Both the position numbers and the translations under genes were made by a program. Source: Atractiella rhizophila (Eukaryota). Taken from it: a DNA stretch of 48,271 nt. Shown here one piece after another: positions 25,445 through 37,308 of this stretch (within the stretch, counting starts at the first letter, position 1; the number at the start of each line of letters is the position of its first letter). The notes under the pieces were generated by a model. It saw nothing but the letters and a program-made list of their open reading frames with translations, was not told the DNA's origin and searched no databases. Location: positions 1-48,271 of the forward strand of contig MU271538.1 of the NCBI GenBank assembly GCA_021432655.1. Reading direction: 5' to 3'.

Positions 25445-27251
25445 CTTTTCTATCCGCCATGAGCAATCAATATATATGGCAATGATCAAGCATTTTACTG
25501 ATGCATGACGCATCCACCAGAAGAAGAAAGAAAACCAGTCCCAATTCTTCCCAGAGACCCAGAATTCCAAGAAAACTCACCGATTGCACGCCAAAAAAGC
25601 CCCAAACGCTGGCTGGAAAATGGCAATCTACCTCTAACACCACTCTGCCACTCTACTCCTTGGAAAGGGAAAAGGAGTTGGTCGTTGGAGGGACAAAGAG
25701 TTTTGTTAGTGGACAACGTCAGTCTGCCGTTTCAGGCTGATAGATGCGCATGCTCACTCAATTAAGGTTACGCGCAACCTTAGATCGGCTGCTGCTGCTG
25801 CGCACTCTTATTGCATAAGCGATGGAACTTTCCACCGTTCCTTTGTTTGCCGAATTGCCTAACTCTTTCTCCTGCTGTTTTAGTTTGTGATTCCCTTTGC
25901 AGACGATGAACATGCATTCTGCTCCTTTCTAGAGGATCTAGATGAAGGGCTGAGCGGGTTATAATGCCAGAAGAAGGGATAGAACGATGATGTCACAAAG
26001 AAAGAATACTTTTTTTATTCCATACCAAATTGGAGCAAACGCCGCAAATCCAGACAATCGTTGCGCTTCCAACTTTTAATCAACGTTCTATTGAGGATCT
26101 TGTCTCAGCATCCTATCTGCAGCGTTCTCAACTCGGTATCGAGGGGAATGTTGTTCATTTTGAGCTATTTCCAGGAGGGCCTGGGAAAACTGTTTCTCGG
26201 GAAGGCAGGTGAAAAACTAAGGTAACGGCAATGTGCGTACCTTGAATTCAACAAAGACGAAGCAAGCATGGAAAAGAAAGTGGAGAATACAACGCTTGGA
26301 ACACCAGCGATTACTCCACTCAAGTTTCGATCATTTTCCATCCTGATGTAACAATATTAGTACCTGAAACTGGGCGTTGGCAGTTAAGTTGGAATACTGA
26401 ACGGACGAGAGATGGAGGTACGGATTCGGCGTGACCGTTACATTATTAGAGCACAATCAGTGTTGGATGGTGGGACCGTTAGAATGCTGGAGAAACCGAG
26501 ATAAATACTTATCGACACGTTGACCTGAGAAACGGTTTGGTCTCCTGATCAGACCATGGAGCAAAGGAGTAATGTTACGTTTAAGTATAGTCATTCCGTG
26601 CTTCTTAATCGCTCCACCATGATCTCTCCAATCTCCTCTTAATACCTATGAATGATTGCATGACATGGGTCTTTTGTTCCAACTGATGAATCGATATAAG
26701 TTCCCTAACTTGCTCCCTTCCTGTCGATCAATTAGAATCGAGCTTTTGGACTTAGCGCTGAGAGCTGAGGAGACTTGAATGCATCAGAACTAGATGTCCT
26801 ACTTCTTCACGACAAATGAGTTACAATAATCCAGTCTGATCAGCGTGCACCTTTTGTCACCTTCTCAATTTTGCTTCCGCTCCCCGCCTTGACATTTAGG
26901 TGTTGGCAACGATATGAATATGATTTCATTGATTTGATTCGCCCGCCTCTCTGATACGAAGGATCAATAATACGTGCCTCAGAAAGAAGAGCTCCCGCAA
27001 ATCTAGCTACGCTGCCTATTGAAGTGTTTGACAAAAGGTGATACCCGAGAGTGAGCGATCTAATCCTTCCACCTTCGCCTTAGCCTGAGTATCCCCTTAG
27101 CCTGAGTAGTGGGCTTTGTTACTTCCACTAAACATGGAACCTACACTGGAATGGACAAATTGATCCTTACCAGACCGTCAATGTGTTCTAGTCATTCGTA
27201 ACTGACAACTTGTGGACGACAGAAATCAGACAAGTCTTCCAATCGGACAAC

Positions 27252-28579
27252 ATGATTTTCATACCAATTGAATTAATCGATCAGATACTAGAAGGCGCAC
27301 TCTCACTTGTGGACCCTGTGAAGGAGAGCTATGGAGGAAAAGGAGATCGGGAGTATCTGTCCTTCGCCTTGGTGTACGTCAATATGTTCACTCATCATCT
27401 GAAACTGCACTCATTCCATTAGTACATAGTTGCAAAGCGTGGACGCCGTCTGTTCGACGTCTCTTCTTTTCCACCGTCATTCTGCACCCTCGCGATACAA
27501 CTTCGCTCGCTCGACCCTCTATTCTTGCCTTCCTGCGCGCATGCGAACAGCAAGAGTGGTTGCCTCCAATCATACAACACTTGGTTCTAAGGATCGGATA
27601 TATGTGGCATGATGCAATACCTGATCGCTTGAAGGGCTTGACAGAGCTGAGAGATTATGCGCCAAAGTTATCGAACTTGCAAAGGGTCCAGCTACACGGG
27701 AACAGCACTTCGCATCACAAGGTTTTCTTCGAACTTCTCTCTCCTAACTTTTACAACATCCCTTCTCTTCATTTTAAGGACCTAGTCGAACGTTTACCGA
27801 TAAGTGACCTTGCTCAGTATATTCAAACTTTCCAAAGCCTTCGGGAGCTCAAGTTAGAGCATATTGGTCTGATGGGTTCTGTTCCCGGTCGAAATCAGTT
27901 GGTTCATCTAAAACGGTTTATATCCAGCGACATCATCACATACCTCCCATCTCTCTTCAGTCTTATATCAACCATGCCTTGCCTGGAATATCTTCAACTT
28001 GAGCTAACGATCCATAAGGATCGATTGGGCGACATTGAGTTGTCTTTCAAGGAGTACGAATTCACGCTTTCACAATTGGACACGCTTAAGCTCCATTTCA
28101 CATCGCTTGATTATCCCGTCACATCGTTGTCTCTTTTAGACCAAGCTCCTCGCATCCACGACCTATTCTCGCGCTCTCGTTGTCCTAACCTTCGCACACT
28201 TCATTTGCATGGAATAGGATGGGACATCACCTCTTTCTCTCTCGTGTCTCCGTCTTTGACTTCACTACACCTCCGCATGACGCCAGGCAACGTCTTCATA
28301 TCTCCTCGAGATTTAAAGAATGCGATTCTCGCGAAGAAGCTTTTCCCAGCTCTTGATTCCGTGGTGTTGACGATGGAAATCGATGAGAGGCGCATCCTGG
28401 AGAAGTCAGTGATGGAAGGATTGGCTGATGAGGAATGGGATGTACAACTGAAGGCTGATAGGGAGTGGAGAATGTGCGCCTTGCAGGTTAAACAGTTGAG
28501 TCAAGGAAGGACGAGGACATCGCTACCCTTTCAACAGCACGACGCTGTTTTCCCTTTCATAGGCTCTGAAGAGGAATAG
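27252..28579 (+). CDS. F-box-like N-terminus plus leucine-rich (RNI/LRR-like) repeats, paralogue 1
   Basis: FIPIELIDQIL...SFALV|CKAWTPSVRRLFF spliced into the 339-aa ORF with LxxLxL repeats. Confidence 0.75.
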
Positions 28580-28737
28580 TCTCAGTCTCATGAATGAAAA
28601 ATGGGTGACATGACCAACATACTCATACATACACACAACATGCAAAACTAAGGAAGAAATTGTAAGAAACCAAAGACCGAAAGAACGAGCAAAAGGCAAA
28701 CTTCCTCTAAGCACACAGTACCAACCTTCAGCAACAG

Positions 28738-29884
28738 TCAGCCATCTCCCATCTCAATATCTCCATTCGAAGCTACCATTTGAGTTGGTTGTTGTGCACT
28801 CTGCTGGTTCAATATTACCGCCGACTGTCTCAAGCCTGCAATAACCCGATTGCCTGTTGATCCTCCCCAAGTTGGTATTCGTTGGACCAAGTCCTCGTTC
28901 CTACACGACATGCATCATTCAATTTCTGCTCGCACTCCAGAGAAAGAGACGGACCGCATATCCTCCTCCTCTTCCATGGGATCCTTCTTCCGCTTCCCTT
29001 CACCTTGCTGAGCTGGACGCGGCTTCCAATCATTCGAACGTGTGATAGCTAACGCCTTTTCGATATCTCCGTAGGCCTTTATACCACAAGCCCATGAACA
29101 ACAATACGATTTGGGAGACACAGAAAACGCACTTCGATTTGGTGATGGAATGCAGGATTAGGAGAGGCGCAAAAACGGCGAGATTGGACATGGTCGAAGG
29201 CTTCTTCGTACGGTATGTTCTCGGTGACCATTACGTATGCTGTCCTGCACAAGCATCAGTCTGTAGAAACGTAAGAAGATAGATGACAAACACGATAGCT
29301 GGAGAACGAGAAATGCCATCGCCACAATGGACGAGGACTTTGCCGCCTTGGGAACGGGAAGAGGTTATAAATTCGCGACACCTGTAACTCTTCAGTTTCG
29401 AGGGTATATGGAGGTGACAGGAGATTGGAAACATACTCAGGAAAGAGTGTGACTAGGTTCTGGTCTTGCGAGTCGCGGATGAGCATGATCTTGTACTCGA
29501 ACTCGCCAGGAAAATAAGGTCTGAGAAGGAATCTTCGCATACAAGAATGATAAGCACCAGATACCCACTGCAAATGAGGCAAGGAAAAGTACGTACTGTT
29601 CTCTCGGATCTGCAATACAAAGCACATGGGTGATACCATCCTTCTGTAACGCCTCCTTATTTTTTGCTGCTTGAAAAGGGCCAACAAAGAGGCCTGGAAG
29701 AATCTCTTGACTATGCCGCCTCATCTCGTATCTACGACCTGATTAGCGAGGACAGACCTCCACAGAAGAAGTCATACCGCCATTCGGGAGCTGGGGTAAG
29801 CCCACCAATGACTTTGATCTCTTGTGGTGCAGTTAAAGGAGGGCTGGGAGGGTCCCATCCGTCGCTCTGATCATCGGTTTGCAT
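28738..29884 (-). CDS. Dual-specificity phosphatase of the STYX subfamily, catalytic Cys retained
   Basis: EWR|YEMRRHSQEILPGLFVGPF, GITHVLCI, GGKVLVHCGDGISRS, VQSRRFCASPNPAF; several short introns. Confidence 0.88.
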
Positions 29885-30595
29885 AGTAGGGACGTTGGAG
29901 CTGGAGTGCTGCTTGCTCGATGATGTTCTGAGTTGCTGTCAATTGTCCATTGTTTGCCTTGTTTGATTGCGGCGGATCATCGCTGTAATTGCCTGCCCTT
30001 CCTTCTTTTTGCTAGGTGGCAACGACCAGGGCACCGAGTATAACTGGCATAGCAGTCCAACAGCGCATAGTGAATTGGTGGGCACTGCTTTGGTACACTG
30101 AAATGGCTTGGAGAAATGAAGCTTCAAGTCTTAGGATACGATAGGTGCGCGGCTGGCTGCTCAGTTTAAATGGTTTTTCTCCGTATTAAATCGGAAGGTG
30201 AATAAACGTGGGAATGACCAGGAAACAGCCCATGCTAGTAAGTAGATTCTGGTGGATAGATGTGAAACATCTTGAATCACGTGACCCAAATAGGTGGGTA
30301 CAAAGGTCGTTCAAAAGTTATCTTGAGATCGATATCAGTAAATGTGTCGCATTCATAAGCCTTCGCCACTCCATGAAAGTTAGTTGATCAGAGTGGCGGA
30401 AAGTGCTGCATTTCGGTGTTCGGCTGGTTACGACTCGTATCGGCACCTCCGCTGCGCGCGAGTTGAAAGACCAACGGGAGTGAACGGACGGGGTTGAGAG
30501 ATTGGAAGAGTCACCAACGCCCTGACGCGTCAATGTCTGGCAGCCGAAGCACTTTGCAGCCACGTCTGCATTGCTGTCGCGGCTCGAAGGGAGCG

Positions 30596-30603
30596 TATAA
30601 AAA
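30596..30603 (+). promoter_or_regulatory. TATA-like element
   Basis: TATAAAAA ~30 nt upstream of ATG 30628; unusually close, so tentative. Confidence 0.4.
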
Positions 30604-30627
30604 CGATGCCAGGTTCCCCCTGCTTCC

Positions 30628-31275
30628 ATGTCATCACAGATTCACTACAACCACTACTTCTACCGATTCCATCCAAGGTATTTCAGACGACATAGCAGAA
30701 TGGGAGGCGTCTTTTGGCTTGTTGTTGGTGCGTTATACTTTCTTTCGCAATTGATACGGAACATTGAACTGATTCTTGTACAGGAGGAGCGTTGGGCTAT
30801 CACTTTGCCAAAGAGAAGTACGAAACCGCCGAATCTCGCCAGAACGGATGGGGACATGCTCGCTGGGGCTGCCACAGGAGGAGGCAGGAAGAGTTACCTG
30901 TAGCAGCCGCTCCTAATAACACGTCGGCACCTGAGGAACCTTCGGCGTTCCCACCTTCCTTCCAAGCGCAAGCGCAATCGCACGACTGGGAGCTCTTTCA
31001 GCAATGGAAAGCTCAACAAATGCGAGAGAAGCCTTTCTTCTCTGACTCAATGAGGGCTGGAGCACTGGAGAGTGCTGATAAGGCTTTGGATTCCGTCATG
31101 GCTCAGGTCGGTTCGTTGAAGGAGGTAAAGCTTGATCATCCTGGCTATCTAGAGAGATGCTGATGCGAGGGAGCAGAAATTGCAACAACATCGAGCCACC
31201 ATCGAGAAGAGCAACACGCCACCACCTAGTAGCCCTACACTGAGCGAAAAGAACGGAGGCTTCAAACTTGTATAA
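30628..31275 (+). CDS. Small protein with a basic/aromatic N-terminus, one hydrophobic segment and a helical C-terminus; unknown function
   Basis: MSSQIHYNH...MGGVFWLVV|GGALGYHFAKEK...SLKE|KLQQHR...FKLV*; two GT-AG introns keep the frame. Confidence 0.7.
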
Positions 31276-31701
31276 CTTCTATTTCCCATTATAGTCAATT
31301 GCTGTCCGGCCTTGTATCATGCTCCCTGAAATGTAAAATCGCTCTCTACTTTTCCTCTTTGAATCAGAGCCCTCAGCTTCCTCTGGATGAGCAAACTACA
31401 AACTGCCTATGTCAATCAGAGTGCCAATGCGATAATGCCCCGCAAAGCCACAGTTCAAATTTGTACTCAAAGTGGGTTGCAACTGGCAGCCTACCGAGTT
31501 TACCGAGTCCTCAAGTCCTCGCTTTTTATACTCAGCTTCAACGACGCGTGAGAAGTTTTCGCGCTAACATATGACTATGATTCCCAAATATAACTACGTC
31601 AGCTAGCTTATTGTGACCTGACATTGTCTCGAGGATAAAGGCCTTCAAGCTGCTGCAAGTTACGGTCTCACCAGTTAATCACAAGAAACATCTGTCAGTG
31701 A

Positions 31702-32892
31702 ATGGAGCATATCCCGGCTGAGGTAGTTGATGAGATTTTGTCCTACGTTGTCGACATCTCTCAGTGGAATACGGAAAAGAGGGGTAGTGTTAACAAGAAA
31801 AGATTCCTATCCTGGTCGATAGTGTTCGTCTTTTCCCCGAAAGAGTGCTTGCTACGCTGATGAAGAAACGGTAGCTGCCAGAGGTGGAGTGGTCTAGTTC
31901 GAAGAAGAGCTTTCCATACCATTACTTTCTCACTTTCCGACAAAAAGAGTGGACGCATCCCTTCGGTTCAGACGCTTCTCTCTGCTTTGGAGCAGTACAC
32001 TTGGCTCAGGGAATGCGTGAAATGCTTCACTATCAGGCACGACAAAAACAGCAGACCCTACCTTTCACTACTTCAGGAATGTCTGCACCTTGTGCCATAT
32101 CTTCGATCAGTCCAAGCCAAAAGTAACTATTCTGGGGATGACGATATTCTGGAGACTGTTCTCCAACTGCTCTCGTCCAAACGTATGAATCTCATCAAGC
32201 TCTCTGGTCAAAAAACAATTCACTTGGACTACTTATCGCATATTTTCTCGGATCATCCCGATCTGAAGTCGTTGTCTGTGGAATCGATGGTCATGGATTT
32301 TAGAGATCAGTATGCCATTAAATGGACGTGGGTCAGCAGCCTTTTCCTTGATTGCAGGTCAATCACCCCGTTTGTGCTTTTCCGGTTCCTGGAGCAGCTT
32401 CCATCGCTTGAAGACGTCGAACTCAGGGTTGTATTCAACAACGTTGAATATGATCAGCTGCACGAGACCACAAAGAAAGACATCATCTTTCCGCTGCTTA
32501 AGAAAGCACATATTCTCGTTACTCTAGTTGATTGTGACCACAGCCTTAATTTCGTCACGAACAATTTTGTTTCATCTTCTCCTCAACTTCGAGAGCTTAC
32601 GATTTGGGGAGCTGGGTACGATTCCGACATATTCGACCTCTTTCCGCCCCAGCTCGAAGCTCTTACCATCATTCTGAACGCGAGACAACCCGGGAGAATG
32701 ACAGGGATCAGACCAGAATTTGTCGAGCAATACTTCACACAGGTGCCGACTCGGTTGCCTAACCTCCGAAAATTTATCCTCAATGTTCGTGGTGACGGTG
32801 GTTGGAATGAAGGTCGTGTTGTCATGAAATTAAAAAATTGCCTAGCCGCTTTACAAAGGGATTGGATTAGTGAAATAAACTACAGCATGTAG
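31702..32892 (+). CDS. F-box-like/LRR-like protein, paralogue 2
   Basis: MEHIPAEVVDEIL...WSIV|CQRWSGLVRRRAF spliced into the 301-aa ORF; same intron position as paralogues 1 and 3. Confidence 0.78.
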
Positions 32893-33858
32893 CAGCCTAC
32901 GCGATCAAGAACATCAAATTTTGTTTCGTCTTCATTCCGCTTGTTCCTGTTCATACTTGCTTTTATTATGAAAGGGAAAAGGTCTCAATAAGAATTCCAA
33001 TAGGGAAGACAGTTTGAGCATTTTTACAAGTCATGGTCGCGCACTTCCCTTGGCATCATACTTCGCCATGCCATTGAACCAGCAGTGTTTTCTCACATTG
33101 AATCGTGTGTTAGGTAATTTTTGATGCTTTCTGGAAATCTAAAGTTGCCACCACAGATTGGATAACAGATGACCAAGGCATGGTTTGGAATCTGAAGAAT
33201 GAAGCACGATATGTGACGGAGGTTGATACTAACTACATAGTACACATCGCCAAAATAACGTTAATTAGGGTTACAAGCACCCGATCGCTCTGTTATCATT
33301 CCATCCAACACTAAAGCAACTGTTCCAGTTGTCGAATACTTTGAATCTTCACATCCAGCCAAGCCGAATAATGTTGCGTATGTCCAGTTCATTGGGCAAC
33401 AGCTTTGAGGAAACCAAGTTCTGTCAAAATTTTTCAATTTGGCTGACTTACCTTTTGTTCATTCAAAAACGAGTTTTCGAAATCTTCTTACTTTACCGTT
33501 ATTCGAAAACACTTTATAAACTGGGGTTAGGGCTATTGCGCAAGTTGGCACACAGCGACGGTGCACCCGTTCAAACGGTTAGCGTCCAATTCCGCAGCTA
33601 TTCCCAGTAACCCGCTCAAGACTGCTCGATGCGCTCAAAGGGCTCAAGGTTTGTTAGATCGCTGAGCGACCCTCGTAGAACCTATACTAACAGCACAGAC
33701 GCCGCAATTGAGAAGGTCGTTCCCTGCAGTATCTCCGAGCTGTTTGTGAAGGGACAGGACTTGTTTGTTCCTTTGGCAAACTGCCGGGCTCAACGTTAAA
33801 CAGCCATGTAATGTACTGGAACAGGAAGCTGGCTTACACGCTTTTAGCTTGGCTTCGA

Positions 33859-33866
33859 TATAAAAG
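33859..33866 (+). promoter_or_regulatory. TATA-like element
   Basis: TATAAAAG ~35 nt upstream of ATG 33896. Confidence 0.4.
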
Positions 33867-33895
33867 ACTCGTCGGTCCAATCATGGCGCGCAAGA

Positions 33896-34902
33896 ATGTC
33901 ACATACCACAGCTGCTCTTGCCCCCATTGTCGAAGGAGAAGCAGACGAAGCTGTCCGGAATGGATTTCCAACGGAGGAAGCTGAGGCGTTGAAGCTCGAT
34001 GCTGCCGACCAGATCAAGTTCAACATGATCCGGGCTCATGTGGTGTTGAAGAATGGGTACAACTCTGTCGTCAGGCAGGTCGATGACGATCATTCTAATG
34101 ACCTGGATAATTGGATTGGGTACTTCTTCTCTCTTGATCCTCGTACTTTTGAACTAAATGGATGTCCCTCGCTTAAAGTTATGTACAGTCGTGGCTCATA
34201 AACGTAGCACACCGTAAGCCGTCCGTGGAGCGATCAGAGTTGATGCAGACGTGTACCATTTCGTTGGAACAGACCATGATTCGGAAGAGAAACACCTTTT
34301 CCCATATCTGAGCACGAAATTGGATGTGCAAGAGGAGCTTGAAGATCACAAAATAATACACCATGGCATCGACGAGATGTTGGAGTGGTTTGCAGAGGTG
34401 AAGAAAGACCAGTCAAAGTACTCTTCCGAAATCTTGAAGTTTGTATTCCCCTCTCCCCAGACTTGATTTAATCCAAATTTGAATGCAGGGAGAAGTTGTC
34501 TCGCATGGGACCAACGTTCATCAAGCATCTAACAGAAGAAGTGGAGCACCTTTCGTTCGTCCTTCCTTCTGTCCATCCGAACGTATTTTAATTCGAGAAG
34601 GCACGAGAACCTGTCCCAATTTCCCGCAGATGGGCTAGAAGCTGCCTGGCGGGAAGTAGAAAACTATGCGAAGAAGCATGCGGACCCTTTCGTAGGACTG
34701 CCTTTTGCGAAATCCCACACGCCTCCGGAATACAAATGGTGGCCATCCCTTCCTTGGTTCTTGAACAAAATACTCGTATGTATCTCCCCTCCTCCAATCG
34801 CTCTAAGAGTTGCTGACGACGCGATTGGCGGGATTTTGTTAGTTGCCTCTGTTCGCGATGAGGTATTCGGGATATTGGAAGTACTCGCCGTATTCAACGT
34901 GA
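33896..34902 (+). CDS. Hemerythrin-like (HHE cation-binding) protein
   Basis: Spliced motifs MIRAH, VAH|HHDSEEKHLFP, EDHKIIH and KHLTEEVEHL; C-terminal RYSGYWKYSPYST*. Confidence 0.85.
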
Positions 34903-37308
34903 TTGGAATCACGATGTGGACATTCGCGCTGTAGAAATGTACTTACCTTCGCTTCATAATTTGACTACAGTAGTGCCTTCTTGCATCCAACCAGGCCGCG
35001 ACGGATTTGGGAGATTAAAATGGATAGATTGGCTACCTTTCTACTCCAAAATGCTGTCTTCGCTCGGTGCAACATAGAACCTCCATTAGCCTGTCAGGCA
35101 CCTAACAGACAAGGTGCTATGATGAAATGAGGAGGAGTTGTGCAATGGTACCATGAAAACCAGCTGGAACTTCTGACTAGTGTGAGCGGAACGTGAAGCA
35201 ACTGCATCAGACTTCGCCAATAGCCATAAGTCCTGCTCAGCCTATCCCTTTCCGCAATCCATATCCTAAAATGATCACGCCAAATCGTTGTGGCCTGATC
35301 TTTTCCGACCGCTGAGGAGCCGATTGGGGGAGCCGAGGGAGGCACAAGACTACAAAATCACGCAAGAGAGCTGCAACGACAGCTAAACATCTAGGCACAG
35401 TTGTCCCTCGCTCAGGATATCGACAAATATGTACGAAGATCCCTCCGCCGCCTGGGCCTCGCCATCCGAAACATTCAGCACACCACAACCCGATCTCAGC
35501 TCCACTTTCTCATCACCCATCCCAGCTTCTCTAAACTCCAAGTCCGATGCTCTGAATTCCGACAAGGCAAGGACGACGTTTGAGGACGATGACGATGGTC
35601 CAGATTGGTCCACTTCTTCCTCTCCAGTCGCACCGCCAGCGGCACAGTTGACGCTTTCGACAAGGAGCCATGGGCAGAGGAAGGTGGAGGAGTTGGAGAG
35701 TGGCGAAAGTAGTCCAACGGACGAAGATAACGAGTTTGAGGAGGCCCTCGATTCGTTGCCTCTCGAAGAGGCGGCCACCGCTCCTTCTTCGCCTCCACCC
35801 ACCACATCAAAATTGGCGGACGATTCATCAGCATCGACGCCGCCTGCACAGTTGCCAGAATCCAAAGAATCGAAAGAAGAAGTAGATGCACCGCTAGAAA
35901 CGCCTCTTGCGTCGACAAACGTGTCGAAACCGGCAAGGAGCACCTTTCGTTCGTCCTTCCTTCTGTCCATCCGAACGTATTTTAATTCGAGAAGGCACGA
36001 GAACCTGTCCCAATTTCCCGCAGATGGGCTAGAAGCTGCCTGGCGGGAAGTAGAAAACTATGCGAAGAAGCATGCGGACCCTTTCGTAGGACTGCCTTTT
36101 GCGAAATCCCACACGCCTCCGGAATACAAATGGTGGCCATCCCTTCCTTGGTTCTTGAACAAAATACTCGTATGTATCTTGCCTCCTCTAAAAGCTATGA
36201 GAATTGCTGAGGAGGCGATTGGCGGGACTTTGTCAGTTGCCTCTGTTCGCGATGAGGTATTCGGGATATTGGAAGTACTCGCCCTATTCAACGTGATCGG
36301 AATCACGATGTGGACAGTCGCAATGTACTTACCTTCGCTTCATAATTTGACTATAGTGTGTGAACTCCTGCGTGTAACCTGACCACGACGGATGTAGGAG
36401 ATTATAATGGCTACCTTTTTACTCCAAAATTGCTGTCTTTGCTCGGTGCAACATAGAACCTCCATTAGCCTGTCAGGCACGTAACAGACAAGGTGCGATG
36501 ATGAAATGAGGATGAGTTGCGCAATGGTACCATGAAAGCCAGCTGGCACTTCTGACTAGTGTGAACGGAACTTGAAGCAACTGCATCAAAATTCGCCATT
36601 AGCTGTCAGCCTGGCCAGTGTATCCCTTTTCACATTCGATACACGCGGGCCGTCGCAGACTACAGCATTGATCTTTCCCGACCGCCTGAGGAGCCGATTG
36701 GGGGAGCCGAGGAGTGCAAGTGCACAAAATCACGCAAGAGAGCTGCAACGACAGCTAAACATCTAGGCACAGTTGTCTCTCGCTCAGGATATCGAGAAAT
36801 ATGTACGAAGATCCCTCCGCCGCCTGGGCCTCGCCATCCGAAACATTCAGCACACCCCAGCCCGATCTCAGCTCCACCTTCTCCTCACCCATCCCAACCT
36901 CTCTAAACTCCAAGTCCGAGCCTCTGAATTCCGACAAGGCAAGGACGACGTTTGAGGACGAAGACGACGGTCCGGACTGGTCCACTTCTTCCTCTCCCGT
37001 CGCACCGCCAGCAGCACCGTTGACGCTTTCGACAAGGAGCCATGGGCAGAGGAAGGTGGAGGAGTTAGAGAGTGGCGAAAGCAGTCCAACGGACGAAGAT
37101 AACGAGTTTGAGGAGGCCCTCGATTCGTTGCCTCTCGAAGAGGCGGCCACCGCTCCTTCTTCGCCTCCACCCACCGCATCAAAACTGGCGGACGATTCAT
37201 CAGCATCGACGCCGCCTGCACAGTTGCCAGAATCCAAAGAATCGAAAGAAGAAGTAGATGCACCGCTAGAAACGCCTCTTGCGTCGACAAACGTGTCGAA
37301 ACCGGCAA
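34543..37308. repeat. Head-to-tail tandem duplication: unit 1 34543-35936, unit 2 35937-37308
   Basis: Both units start ggagcacctttcgttcg and end gtcgaaaccggcaa. The ends are near-identical; the intergenic middle is visibly diverged, with indels. Confidence 0.97.
35429..36382 (+). other. Chimeric ORF created by the duplication junction (DUF5102-like N-terminus + hemerythrin C-terminus)
   Basis: First ~169 aa match the 36801 gene; the rest reads through a 46-nt intron into HENLSQFP...WFLNKIL of the hemerythrin gene. Confidence 0.6.
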
